From positions 7,289 through 71,288 of IMG/VR virus record IMGVR_UViG_3300045996_000464: a stretch of 64,000 nt of DNA; one strand, 5' to 3'. Shown piece by piece: positions 34,267 through 43,243 of the stretch (position 1 is the first letter of the stretch; each line of letters opens with the position of its first letter). Origin of the DNA: a virus. Position numbers and translations under genes: made by a program. The notes below the pieces were generated by a model that saw only the letters and a program-made list of their open reading frames with translations, did no database searches and was not told the origin of the DNA.

Positions 34267-34461
34267 ATGAAGTTACAGCGTGAAACTGCGCCGACGCCCG
34301 ATGGCGAAATCCCGGAGTGGGAGCAGCTTTACTGCTGGTCATGTTCCGCCAACAAGCATCACCGTCTGGTCACGATGATGGATTCAGATCATGGCACAGA
34401 GGCTCTACATCAGTGCATGAATTGCAACACTGTTTCACAAGCGTTTTACCCTGCTACGTAG
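34267..34461 (+). CDS. zinc-ribbon hypothetical protein
   Basis: Two CxxC pairs; follows TTGACA-N18-TACACT. Confidence 0.6.
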   Translation: MKLQRETAPTPDGEIPEWEQLYCWSCSANKHHRLVTMMDSDHGTEALHQCMNCNTVSQAFYPAT

Positions 34462-34525
34462 CCAAGTGGTCTAAGGCAGCGGCCTCATAAGCCGCCACTC
34501 GTCAGTTCGAATCTGACCGTAGCGA
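34452..34525 (+). tRNA. tRNA-Met/Ile2(CAT)
   Basis: Cloverleaf, loop CTCATAA. Confidence 0.9.
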
Positions 34526-34526
34526 T

Positions 34527-34712
34527 ATGGCTAAAATAAACCAAGCAGCAGAGAAGCGGCTCAAGAACGAAGAGTACGCCAAGAAGTTCGAAAAGAAGAA
34601 GGAACCACAGGTTCGTGGCAAGAAGGAAAAGCCGAAGCCGAAGTTCGCTAATTGGTGTCGGGCTAAGGGGCATCCAGCATCTTGTCAGGTAGACGCATGT
34701 CCTCAGCCGTAA
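34527..34712 (+). CDS. small basic Cys/His protein
   Basis: 61-aa ORF directly after a tRNA. Confidence 0.5.
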   Translation: MAKINQAAEKRLKNEEYAKKFEKKKEPQVRGKKEKPKPKFANWCRAKGHPASCQVDACPQP

Positions 34713-34799
34713 AACATAATCATCTCACTAGGGATATCAAGCGCCCTGGTGTTTGCCCCAAGTGCGACGAGTATCACAAACGTCCAGGCGGGCAGCTAA

Positions 34800-34871
34800 G
34801 TCCTGGTAGCTCAGAGGAAGAGCTTTCGCCTCCTAAGCGAATGGTCGCTGGTTCGAATCCAGTTCAGGACG
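34800..34871 (+). tRNA. tRNA-Arg(CCT)
   Basis: Cloverleaf, loop CTCCTAA. Confidence 0.93.
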
Positions 34872-34984
34872 TTATGAAATGGTATTGTAGGCGTTGCGGG
34901 TACGTCATGAATGGTATAGCTCAAACGTGGCGCGGTGATGGCCCGTGGTGTCCCACACCAAAATGTAAGGGTATGAAACTAACG

Positions 34985-35058
34985 CGCGGGATGGAGCAGT
35001 CAGGTAGCTCGTCAGCCTCATAAGCTGAAGGTCGTAGGTTCAATTCCTACTCCCGCTT
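34985..35058 (+). tRNA. initiator-like tRNA-fMet(CAT)
   Basis: CGCGGGATGGAGCAG body, C1 x U72 mismatch, TTCAA T-loop. Confidence 0.9.
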
Positions 35059-35103
35059 CTAACCTCCTAAGTGTGGATTGTGACCACAACCGAGGGAGGT
35101 AGC

Positions 35104-35319
35104 ATGGCAGCAGTAAAGAAGGTCGTAGTTGGTACGGATGACCTTGTAGGTTGCAAGGTTATCAGCGTGGACTACAACGAGATGACTCTAGAGAAGGATG
35201 GCAGGCAGTTCTATGTCGAGCTAGAGGAAGAGGCGTACTGGAACACCATGTGTGACGGTTGTTGCGGCTGTGGTAGCGCACCAACTTACATGGTAGCTCG
35301 CGCCGATGCAGTTGAGTGA
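35104..35319 (+). CDS. hypothetical protein
   Basis: GGGAGGT RBS; CDGCCGC motif. Confidence 0.65.
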   Translation: MAAVKKVVVGTDDLVGCKVISVDYNEMTLEKDGRQFYVELEEEAYWNTMCDGCCGCGSAPTYMVARADAVE

Positions 35320-35335
35320 AAGGTACACAAGCACC

Positions 35336-35360
35336 AGCCCTCCTTCGGGAGGGCTTTTGT
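35336..35360 (+). terminator. intrinsic terminator closing the RNA cluster
   Basis: AGCCCTCC-TTCG-GGAGGGCT followed by Ts. Confidence 0.8.
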
Positions 35361-35370
35361 GTTTCTAGGC

Positions 35371-35399
35371 TTGACAACAGTTCGATCCTAAGCTACACT
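35371..35399 (+). promoter_or_regulatory. sigma-70-type promoter for the sortase operon
   Basis: TTGACA-N17-TACACT. Confidence 0.75.
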
Positions 35400-35433
35400 T
35401 AGAGGAAGTGTAATTCTAAAGAAAGGCGCAAAG

Positions 35434-36045
35434 TTGCGTAGATTTCTAGCAATCCTCGCGTTCGCTGTCGTAGCTGCTGTGGGCGTGGGAACGTCAGTCG
35501 CGGTAGCAAACGGCCCGGATACAACCACCATCTGTCATCTTAAGCCTGGGTTCCAGAACGGCCCTGGTGCAGAGTTCATTCAGATGGAAGTGCCCAATTC
35601 GGCTCTTGATGCACATCTTGCTCACGGCGATACTCTCGGCTCGTGCGGCGGCGGCGGCACAGTCACTGTCACTGTTCCGGGTGGGACGACTACGGTTACT
35701 GTTCCGGGCGAGACTGTCACTGTTCCTGGTGAGACGGTAACGCTTCCAGGTGAAACGGTCACGGTTCCAAGTCAGACAGTAACACTTCCGGGCCAGACGG
35801 TAACAGTAGAGAAGACAGTTGACCCAGTATCTGCGGTTACGGTGCCTGGGCCTACTGTAACAGTCACTGTTCCTGGGCCTGTCGGAGTGCCTACGCCGGA
35901 TCGACCTGTTGAGGTTCGCACGGTCGTTAAGAAGGCGAAGACGGTCATCAAGTGGAAGACGCGAACGGTCGTTAAGACCAAGATCGTTAATCGCTGCTTG
36001 CCACCTACACCGCCCCGTCCTCGTGAAGTCCCGTACACTCCGTAA
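35434..36045 (+). CDS. secreted surface protein with TVT(V/L)PG repeats; putative sortase substrate
   Basis: Signal peptide; TTICH...AHLAHGD..GSC domain; 7-aa repeats; C-terminal VPYTP. Confidence 0.7.
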   Translation: MRRFLAILAFAVVAAVGVGTSVAVANGPDTTTICHLKPGFQNGPGAEFIQMEVPNSALDAHLAHGDTLGSCGGGGTVTVTVPGGTTTVTVPGETVTVPGETVTLPGETVTVPSQTVTLPGQTVTVEKTVDPVSAVTVPGPTVTVTVPGPVGVPTPDRPVEVRTVVKKAKTVIKWKTRTVVKTKIVNRCLPPTPPRPREVPYTP

Positions 36046-36421
36046 CATTCTGATTCTGGGGGTGGTCAGCCTTGCGCTGGCTGCCTCCGCTTCAGCGTAC
36101 CCAAATACGATCTACATCCCCAAAATCGGCCTTTACGCCGCTTTAGCACCATCGCTCGACACTGGCCCGTGGTTGTACTGGCAGGACGAGGACACAGTAG
36201 CCATCGCAGGGCACCGTACAACGCATTCTAAGCCCTTCTCAGCAATAGATAGGCTTAGCCGGGGTGATCTTATCAGAACGCGCGGAAAGAACTACAGAGT
36301 GGCTAAGATTGTAGTGATTCGACCGTGGGAAACATGGGTATTGAATTGGCAGGGGCTTGTCCTCTCTGCGTGTACGCCCAAAGGCTCTGCTTCTCATCGC
36401 ATAGTTGTGCTGGCACGATAG
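36023..36421 (+). CDS. sortase (compact, class E/F-like)
   Basis: N-terminal hydrophobic anchor; IAGHRTTH, GD.I, LSACTP and RIVV give the His-Cys-Arg triad. Confidence 0.85.
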   Translation: MKSRTLRNILILGVVSLALAASASAYPNTIYIPKIGLYAALAPSLDTGPWLYWQDEDTVAIAGHRTTHSKPFSAIDRLSRGDLIRTRGKNYRVAKIVVIRPWETWVLNWQGLVLSACTPKGSASHRIVVLAR

Positions 36422-36449
36422 ATGTGCTAGACTATAGCCATGAAGAGTC

Positions 36450-36632
36450 GTGGGGCGTATGATTGGCCCTCCTGATCCGTATGAGATTGACACGTACCAC
36501 AAAGAGCAGAAGCGGCTGCAAGAGCTAAAGGTGGCCGCTGGTATCTGTCGCTGCATCCATTGCTCTGAGAAGGTTGATCGAGATGAGTACACATGGCCTG
36601 AGTGCGCTATGTGCTATGCTTTCTGTGATTGA
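36450..36632 (+). CDS. small Cys-rich protein
   Basis: CxxC pairs. Confidence 0.5.
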   Translation: MGRMIGPPDPYEIDTYHKEQKRLQELKVAAGICRCIHCSEKVDRDEYTWPECAMCYAFCD

Positions 36633-36731
36633 TTAAGTCTCGCTCTCAGCGAAAAGACTATATCTGTTAGTACACCTGGAAGGTGATCAGCGTCGAGTAA
36701 TATGAGAAGAGAATAACAAGTAGGAGACAGG

Positions 36732-38534
36732 ATGAGTGAGTTCGAACCAAGCGGCTTAGGCCGTACTATTTTTTCTGACAGGTATGCACGTACACCTGAA
36801 GAGACATGGCAAGAGGCGTGTGACCGAGTGGCCACGCATGTAGCACAGGCAGAAGAGAACGGAAAGGTCAAGAAATACGGTGACAGATTCCGAGAGCAGC
36901 TTTCTAGCGGTAGATTTAACCCTGGTGGACGCATTTGGTATGGTGCTGGCCGTCCAAAGGCTCAGCTTCTCAATTGCTTCGTTGTACCTACAGGCGACTC
37001 CCGCGAGGCTTGGGGGAAGACCGCCAATGACACCATCATCATCAGCGGCCTCATGGGTGGAGTCGGCATTAACCTATCCCCTATCCGTTATCGAGGCGCG
37101 GCGATTAAAGGGACAGGCGGTGAGGCTACTGGCGCAGTATCATTTGGCCAGATGATCAATGCCATTGGTAACACCATCCGTGGCGGTGGTGGCCGACGCA
37201 TGGCTTTGATGCTGTCGTTGGAGTTAAACCATCCTGACGTTGAAGAGTTCCTTAAAGTCAAGCTAGACCTAAAGGAGTTGAACAACGCCAACATCTCGCT
37301 CGTCATTCCAGAGAACATGCCCACTGAGCGGTTCCAAGAGATGGTCGAGAACAACGAAGACATCGAGCTAGAGTTCAATGGCGTCCCGAGCGGCAAGACG
37401 ATCAGCGCGGGTTGGCTCTGGGGTATGCTCGTAGAGAATGCCTACAAGAGCGGCGAGCCGGGTATCCTAAACGGCTATCTGGCCAACAAGATGAGCAACC
37501 TTTGGTATCACAAGAACCTCATCTGCACCAATCCGTGTGGAGAAATCTGGTTGGAAGAGTACGGCTGCTGCGATCTTGGCGCGCTCGTACTTCCACGCTT
37601 CGTAGAGGATGGCAAGTTCAACTGGGACGCATTCGATGAGAGTATCCGTCTCGGTGTGCGCTTCCTTGATAACGTCCTCTCCGTCAATCACTATCCGTTA
37701 GCTGAAATTAAGCAGAACTGCGAAGATGTGCGACGTATCGGCCTGGGAGTGATGGGCCTACATACGATGCTACTTGAGCTAGGGATGAAGTATGACTCTC
37801 CCGAGGCATTCAAGTTCGTGGAGAGACTCTTCAACACCATGAAGAACACTGCTTACGACGCTAGCATCAACCTTGCTATCGAGAAGGGCGCATTCCCGGC
37901 CTATGATCCCAGGTTCCTAGAGAGCGGTTTCGTGAAGACGCTCAAGAGAGGCATCAGGAACAAGATCAAGGAGCATGGAATCCGCAACTGCGCCCTCATG
38001 ACGATTGCGCCAACGGGTACAACCTCTATGGTCGCAGGGGTGTCTTCAGGCATCGAGCCTATTGCAGCCCCGGTCTACTGGCGCAACTATTTCAAGCCCA
38101 CGGGCGAGCTAGAACAAGAGCTAGTCGTAGAGGATGCATTCTACAAGTATCCTGAGCTAGTTCAATCAGCTATCGACGTGAGCCTGCGCGGCCATTTTGA
38201 GATGCAGAAGATTGTCCAGAAGCACATCGACAACGCTGTGAGCAAGACCATCAACATGGCTGAGGATGCCGACATTGAAGAGTTCGGCAAGCTATGGCTT
38301 GAGTACCTGCCGCACTGCAAGGGCACAACGGTGTACCGATTCGGCAGTCGTGAGAATGAGCCGATCAATCCTGTGCCCCGAGAGCAATGGAGTGAGGTAG
38401 TTCGCGGCACTGAGGTACACGATCAGATGACAGTTGAAGAATTCATGGCCATCGATTGTGTCGGTGGTGTTTGTGAGGTTCCGCAGGTGTGGGGTCAACC
38501 TCCTGTCCCTGAGAAGATGATCGACGTAGTATAA
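36732..38534 (+). CDS. nrdJ: class II (adenosylcobalamin-dependent) ribonucleotide reductase
   Basis: PGGR, LLNCFV, TNPCGE, IAPTGT, SSGIEP and C-terminal CVGGVCE; no NrdB-like gene adjacent. Confidence 0.88.
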   Translation: MSEFEPSGLGRTIFSDRYARTPEETWQEACDRVATHVAQAEENGKVKKYGDRFREQLSSGRFNPGGRIWYGAGRPKAQLLNCFVVPTGDSREAWGKTANDTIIISGLMGGVGINLSPIRYRGAAIKGTGGEATGAVSFGQMINAIGNTIRGGGGRRMALMLSLELNHPDVEEFLKVKLDLKELNNANISLVIPENMPTERFQEMVENNEDIELEFNGVPSGKTISAGWLWGMLVENAYKSGEPGILNGYLANKMSNLWYHKNLICTNPCGEIWLEEYGCCDLGALVLPRFVEDGKFNWDAFDESIRLGVRFLDNVLSVNHYPLAEIKQNCEDVRRIGLGVMGLHTMLLELGMKYDSPEAFKFVERLFNTMKNTAYDASINLAIEKGAFPAYDPRFLESGFVKTLKRGIRNKIKEHGIRNCALMTIAPTGTTSMVAGVSSGIEPIAAPVYWRNYFKPTGELEQELVVEDAFYKYPELVQSAIDVSLRGHFEMQKIVQKHIDNAVSKTINMAEDADIEEFGKLWLEYLPHCKGTTVYRFGSRENEPINPVPREQWSEVVRGTEVHDQMTVEEFMAIDCVGGVCEVPQVWGQPPVPEKMIDVV

Positions 38535-38573
38535 CATCTTGCAAGTTCTGCAAGAATCTGCTACACTGTAGAC

Positions 38574-38810
38574 ATGAGAGTTCCAGGCATTTCTAAGCCC
38601 AAGCATGAGGGGCATCACCCGTTGCTGTCAGAGGTAGTCGGCACTAAGCTGATCTACAAGACGCACCCCAATGGCAATAGGGCGCAACGTAGGTCTAAGC
38701 AGCGCCATCACCCTTACTTCACCAAGACGCGCACGGGCGGTCGTCTCTGGGAGATTGGCGTGCGCGACATGCACCGAGAACAGAGCCAGGAGAATAAGAA
38801 TGGCAACTAA
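38574..38810 (+). CDS. basic hypothetical protein (probably leaderless)
   Basis: ATG 6 nt after TGC-TACACT. Confidence 0.55.
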   Translation: MRVPGISKPKHEGHHPLLSEVVGTKLIYKTHPNGNRAQRRSKQRHHPYFTKTRTGGRLWEIGVRDMHREQSQENKNGN

Positions 38811-39111
38811 GGTTGCGCTTTGCAAGGACATGGTTCGGCCACGGATCGTAGAGAATCCATCCAGCAAGGGTGACGGTTCATTCTACGAGGTAGTCACGGG
38901 CACGCTCTTCAACGAGCCTGTTTGTGACTGCCCAGGCTATAACTTCAGGGGTCGCTGTCGGCACATTGCCGAGGCAGAAGAGACGCGCTGTCACTTCAAT
39001 CGCAGGCTCAGTGCAGGTGAGCGTCCTCAGGCGCATGGGGCTGAAATAGGCAAGTGCCCTGGCTGTGACGGCCCGCTAATCATCTTCGACTTTACGCCGG
39101 AGTTCGTATGA
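38800..39111 (+). CDS. SWIM zinc-finger protein
   Basis: CDCPG..FRGRCRH motif; AGGAG RBS. Confidence 0.75.
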   Translation: MATKVALCKDMVRPRIVENPSSKGDGSFYEVVTGTLFNEPVCDCPGYNFRGRCRHIAEAEETRCHFNRRLSAGERPQAHGAEIGKCPGCDGPLIIFDFTPEFV

Positions 39112-39241
39112 TCCACTGGCTCGCAATTTTCTGGCCGCACATTCTGTTCGTGTTGCTGATTGTTGCTATGTTTGCTGTTGCAATTTTTGCACCTACGTCA
39201 TGGGGCGATGGTGAAGACCCCTATGGTGGCACAGGAAGCCG

Positions 39242-39832
39242 ATGAGGCGCGAGCAGCGCTTAGCTCATATCGCTCGACAGCTATATGAGACGGTCGAGAA
39301 TGAGAGGGAAGTCAAGAAGAGCCGGGAGGATTTGCGCAAAGAGTTCTTTCGACTTCATGATGCTGGTCTAGGCGCTAACCACATTCTGCCAGTTAGGACG
39401 GTTGAGATTCCAGAGTCGTTCTTCAAGGCAACAGGTCTATCACAAGAAGAATTCGTCACAAGGCGCTTCCCCGGCTGGAAGGTCGAACATGTCGAGCTTA
39501 ACACGGTTGAAAAGAAGCGCACGTTTGTACTGAAAAGAGACACTAAATACGTTGCAGGGGTTGTGGACATAGAAGATGAAGGGCAGACGGTACGAGTCTC
39601 CAAAGAAGTCGTAGAATACAGTCCCGAGGTTGATTTCGAGAGCCTCAAGAAGGAGCGCCCCGACCTGTACCGCAAGCTGAAGAAGACGGTCAAGGTTGAT
39701 GTGCTAGATGACGATAAATTTGAAGCGCTTTTGGCAGAACACCCCGAAGAGTTGTCTGTGGTTGAGCGGCACCTTGTAGTTAAAGAGCCTGCGCTACGAG
39801 CCACAGTGAAGAGAGTCAAAGATGAAGAATGA
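39242..39832 (+). CDS. hypothetical protein
   Basis: 196-aa ORF in the replication operon. Confidence 0.65.
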   Translation: MRREQRLAHIARQLYETVENEREVKKSREDLRKEFFRLHDAGLGANHILPVRTVEIPESFFKATGLSQEEFVTRRFPGWKVEHVELNTVEKKRTFVLKRDTKYVAGVVDIEDEGQTVRVSKEVVEYSPEVDFESLKKERPDLYRKLKKTVKVDVLDDDKFEALLAEHPEELSVVERHLVVKEPALRATVKRVKDEE

Positions 39833-40127
39833 AGACCTAAATCTGGACACAGCAGCAGAGAAGATGTTTGGTTATCCCTACGCAAGCCTGTCAGCATGGA
39901 GCCAACAGCACGTGCGCGAGGTAGTGGCCAAGATGAAGAAACTGGACGCACCCTATACTGCCTCTCTGCCACGAGCAGATGATGTGGGAACAAGATTGGC
40001 AAACGAGAGATTAGCTCAGGAAAATGAGCAACTTCGATTGGAGAATGCAGACCTATGGCTAGAGAACACGGAACTACAGGAAGAACTAGCGAAGCTAAAG
40101 GCCGAGTGGAACCGCCCACTTTCGTAA
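39822..40127 (+). CDS. coiled-coil hypothetical protein
   Basis: C-terminal heptad repeats. Confidence 0.6.
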   Translation: MKNEDLNLDTAAEKMFGYPYASLSAWSQQHVREVVAKMKKLDAPYTASLPRADDVGTRLANERLAQENEQLRLENADLWLENTELQEELAKLKAEWNRPLS

Positions 40128-40660
40128 TGGCTTGCGGCCCAACGGGTGCGCGGCTGTCATTGACGCATATCTTGCAAGAGGATGTAGAGGGCTTAGCTGT
40201 GGTGTTCTATGACAACTACAAGGATGCACGATACACGGGTATTACTACCGATTATCGTCATGAGCTACAGCTAGCTACTCGTTATGCTGATGACATGATG
40301 CAGAAGAGGGATAAGCCAACCCTCTTTACCCACTCGTTGCTCGATTCTGTGGCCTATGCATCGTTGAAGCTTGAGCGCTACATGGAGCATGGGGCTGTCA
40401 GCGAATACACACAAGATAAGGCCATCTTGACGTTCGGCGTGATTGGTGCTATGTTCAAAGACACCTTCAAGGCTGACGAGGTTCTCTTTTTGACCATGTA
40501 TCGTGCAGAAGAAGGAGAAGCTTATGTCATTCAGGAGCGCGTGCGCATGATCCTTGAAGAGTTTAGCATTCCTTACACTGATTTCGATTTCTTCAAGGAA
40601 ACCACAGAGCGTGTGGCAAACGATGTAAGGAAGCGAGTCGAGAAGATCATTAATGGATAG
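40055..40660 (+). CDS. hypothetical protein, possibly a degenerate nucleotide-kinase fold
   Basis: SLLDSVAY segment reminiscent of AAA_28/NadR-type kinases; no intact Walker A; start uncertain. Confidence 0.45.
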   Translation: MAREHGTTGRTSEAKGRVEPPTFVMACGPTGARLSLTHILQEDVEGLAVVFYDNYKDARYTGITTDYRHELQLATRYADDMMQKRDKPTLFTHSLLDSVAYASLKLERYMEHGAVSEYTQDKAILTFGVIGAMFKDTFKADEVLFLTMYRAEEGEAYVIQERVRMILEEFSIPYTDFDFFKETTERVANDVRKRVEKIING

Positions 40661-41447
40661 AGAAACACTACTGAGCAACCTTCGCAGCCGTAAGATTGAC
40701 GATTCGACCTACGACAGGATTGAGAAGAGCTATCCGGTAGCTAAGGATTGCCCCACTTGTGGTGGTCGAGGCACGTACATGCTCGACTTCCAAGCCTACG
40801 AGTGTGATTGTGAGGTACAGATAGCCTTGCAACGTCACTATTTCCGCGCCAACATTGGCCGCGAGTACCACGACATCTGCCTAAAAGACTTTGATGGCGA
40901 CGATGCGGGCGTAGTTGTCCCTGCCGTGGAGGATTACCTTGCCAAGTTCGATGACAACTTCCACTACGGGCTGGGCCTGACCTTCAACGGCCCGTTTGGC
41001 ACAGGTAAGACTTTCGCTATGACGTGCGTGCTGAAGGAGTTGATCAAGAACGCTCGTGAAACGTACTTCATCACCTTCGAAGAGCTAATCAACATCTGGG
41101 GCAAGTCCTGGCACGACGACGATGCCAAGAGGCTGCTAGAACAGCGCCTGAAAACGGTCGAAGTCTTGGGTCTGGATGAGTTGCGCACTGATGCACGTAA
41201 CGCTGGCGGTTTCCTACAGAATGGACTTGATTCTGTCATCCGACACCGCACGTCGAATCTACTGCCAACTCTGATCACGACGAACATGAGCAAAGAGTCT
41301 GAGGCACAGGAATTCGGTAAGGTTTACTCGCTGTTGGCCGCTAAGAATACTCGCATCGAGACAAACGGGCATGATCGGCGTATGCAGGAAGTGCGCACCC
41401 GCAACTATGAGTTGAAGAAGCGAGGGGAGAGACGGCCAGTATGCTAG
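40653..41447 (+). CDS. DnaC/IstB-like helicase loader ATPase
   Basis: N-terminal CPTC..CDC; GPFGTGKT; LGLDE; TLITTN. Confidence 0.88.
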   Translation: MDRETLLSNLRSRKIDDSTYDRIEKSYPVAKDCPTCGGRGTYMLDFQAYECDCEVQIALQRHYFRANIGREYHDICLKDFDGDDAGVVVPAVEDYLAKFDDNFHYGLGLTFNGPFGTGKTFAMTCVLKELIKNARETYFITFEELINIWGKSWHDDDAKRLLEQRLKTVEVLGLDELRTDARNAGGFLQNGLDSVIRHRTSNLLPTLITTNMSKESEAQEFGKVYSLLAAKNTRIETNGHDRRMQEVRTRNYELKKRGERRPVC

Positions 41448-42709
41448 ACAACACGTCAATAGCCAAAGTAACTGCGGCACTGGACTTTGAACAGGAGTTC
41501 ATCAACCATTTGGCGAATCTTCCTTCCCTAGAGTACATCTTGCGCGAGGGCATTTCTCCTGATCTGCTTCTGTCGCCCCGAACCAAGTCTGTCTTCACTT
41601 TCGTCACACACCATTTCAACGCCAGCGGCCGTCTACCGGGCGCGAAGACCCTTAAGCAGGAATTCCCCAAGCTTGAGTTTGAAGAGCCTGAGACGACCGT
41701 ACAGTACGTTGTGGAGAAACTGCGTGACCGCTATCAGCGCAACGAGATTGGTGAGTTGATCGAGGCGATTGCCGAGGTAACGGTCAAAGACCCCAAAGAG
41801 GCGATGTCGAGGCTCCGTCAAGCTGCTTTTGAGATTGACAGGAACAGCACTAGTAACCGTCATCTCTGGTTACCGGGCGACCACAAGCTCTTCCTTCGCA
41901 ATCTACAGCAACAGGTGCTTGCGGGTGCTTTCAACGGCACTACCTGCGGCTACGCTGAGATTGACAAGTTCACCGGAGGCATCAAGGACGGCAACTTGGC
42001 CTACCTGCTTGCCCGAGAGAAGCGCATGAAGACCTTTAACGTCTGCATGGCGTTCATTGGGCAGGCTAGAGACGGCCGTAACCCCTACTTCGCCACATTA
42101 GAAAACACAGAGCAGGAAATCATGCTGCGTATCTCTTGTATTCTGTCGGGCTACTCGTGGGATTTGGCTCAAAGAGGTATTTTCACTGCCAAGGATTACA
42201 AGATGATCGACAAGGCATGGGAAGAGTTCAGTCAACACAAGTTTGCCATCGAGATGCCGCCAATGGACGAGCGCACGGTGCCCGCTCTTGTCTCAAAGGC
42301 CGACAAGGTGGGCGCAGAAGCCATCATCATCTCGCAGTTCAAGTACATCAAGGGCGTCAAGGACTTCTACCGCAGTGAGACAGAGGAAAAGGCAGAGGTT
42401 GCTATCGATCTAAAGCAGGCGGCTGTGCGCCCAGGTGCTGAGCGTCCCTTTTATGTCGAGGCACAGTTCAATCGTGGCGGCGATAGCATGGAAGAGCTTG
42501 AAGATTTCGATGGCAGCAAGGTAGGACTCACCGATATGATTGGTCAGGCTGCCGACACTCTTTACGGCATCTTTCAGAACAAGGATTTACGCGCGAATAA
42601 CACACTTGAATTCGGTATTCTTACAGCGCGCAATCATGGTAAAGCATCGTGGTATATCCAGACCGAATTGGTCAATAAAACCGAGTTCAAAGTAGCTTCT
42701 AGGAGATAG
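41441..42709 (+). CDS. dnaB: DnaB-like replicative helicase
   Basis: GYAEIDKFTGG, TLEN, AQFNR and IGQAAD motifs; between loader and primase. Confidence 0.8.
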   Translation: MLDNTSIAKVTAALDFEQEFINHLANLPSLEYILREGISPDLLLSPRTKSVFTFVTHHFNASGRLPGAKTLKQEFPKLEFEEPETTVQYVVEKLRDRYQRNEIGELIEAIAEVTVKDPKEAMSRLRQAAFEIDRNSTSNRHLWLPGDHKLFLRNLQQQVLAGAFNGTTCGYAEIDKFTGGIKDGNLAYLLAREKRMKTFNVCMAFIGQARDGRNPYFATLENTEQEIMLRISCILSGYSWDLAQRGIFTAKDYKMIDKAWEEFSQHKFAIEMPPMDERTVPALVSKADKVGAEAIIISQFKYIKGVKDFYRSETEEKAEVAIDLKQAAVRPGAERPFYVEAQFNRGGDSMEELEDFDGSKVGLTDMIGQAADTLYGIFQNKDLRANNTLEFGILTARNHGKASWYIQTELVNKTEFKVASRR

Positions 42710-42712
42710 AAA

Positions 42713-43243
42713 ATGGCAACAAAGAATGACGCGACACATGGTGGTGAACCGCTGTTTAGTAAGCGGTCGCCAAGTCACACTCATACTATTAGCACTACTG
42801 GTGTAGTTTCTGGGGGTGCGTTTGCGAGTGGCGGTGGTGGTTACGCATGGGAAATAGGCACTTCTTCGGGTACGGGTGGCCCATGGACGATGCCTGCCCA
42901 GCCTAGCCCTTATTTGCCTCCCCACTATACCTATCCTGGAACCACCTATCCTGGTACCACCTTTCCACAACCGATAGAAGGAACAGTAGGGATGATTGGT
43001 GGTGTGCCACATAGGTACGAGGGTGGCATTTGGGTTCAGATTGAGCCGAGTGACGAGACAGTGGGCGCACCTGAGGTTCGCATCGTCCTTGACGCAACTG
43101 CTATGCTTAAGGCACTGCGTGCATACCGGGACTTCCTAGATGAGATTCGGGATGGACTGGATGCAGAGACAGTCAAGATCGTAGATGACATCCTATTCGG
43201 CCTTGGTGAGGCTATCGAGGCTTTGGAGAAGCGTTGGACTTAA
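42713..43243 (+). CDS. hypothetical protein (Gly/Pro/Thr-rich)
   Basis: AGGAG RBS; TYPGT repeats. Confidence 0.6.
   Translation: MATKNDATHGGEPLFSKRSPSHTHTISTTGVVSGGAFASGGGGYAWEIGTSSGTGGPWTMPAQPSPYLPPHYTYPGTTYPGTTFPQPIEGTVGMIGGVPHRYEGGIWVQIEPSDETVGAPEVRIVLDATAMLKALRAYRDFLDEIRDGLDAETVKIVDDILFGLGEAIEALEKRWT

Noticed and set aside
20469-35058. Stop-codon suppressor tRNAs or genetic-code reassignment
   Set aside because: No canonical CTA, TTA or TCA anticodon found; long genes are intact in the standard code and use TAG, TAA and TGA as stops.
35659-35880. Tandem ~21-bp periodicity (CRISPR or VNTR?)
   Set aside because: Degenerate codon-level repeats encoding TVT(V/L)PG(E); no spacers and no constant repeat.
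39355-40119. 254-aa minus-strand ORF
   Set aside because: Antisense shadow of two coupled plus-strand genes in the replication operon.
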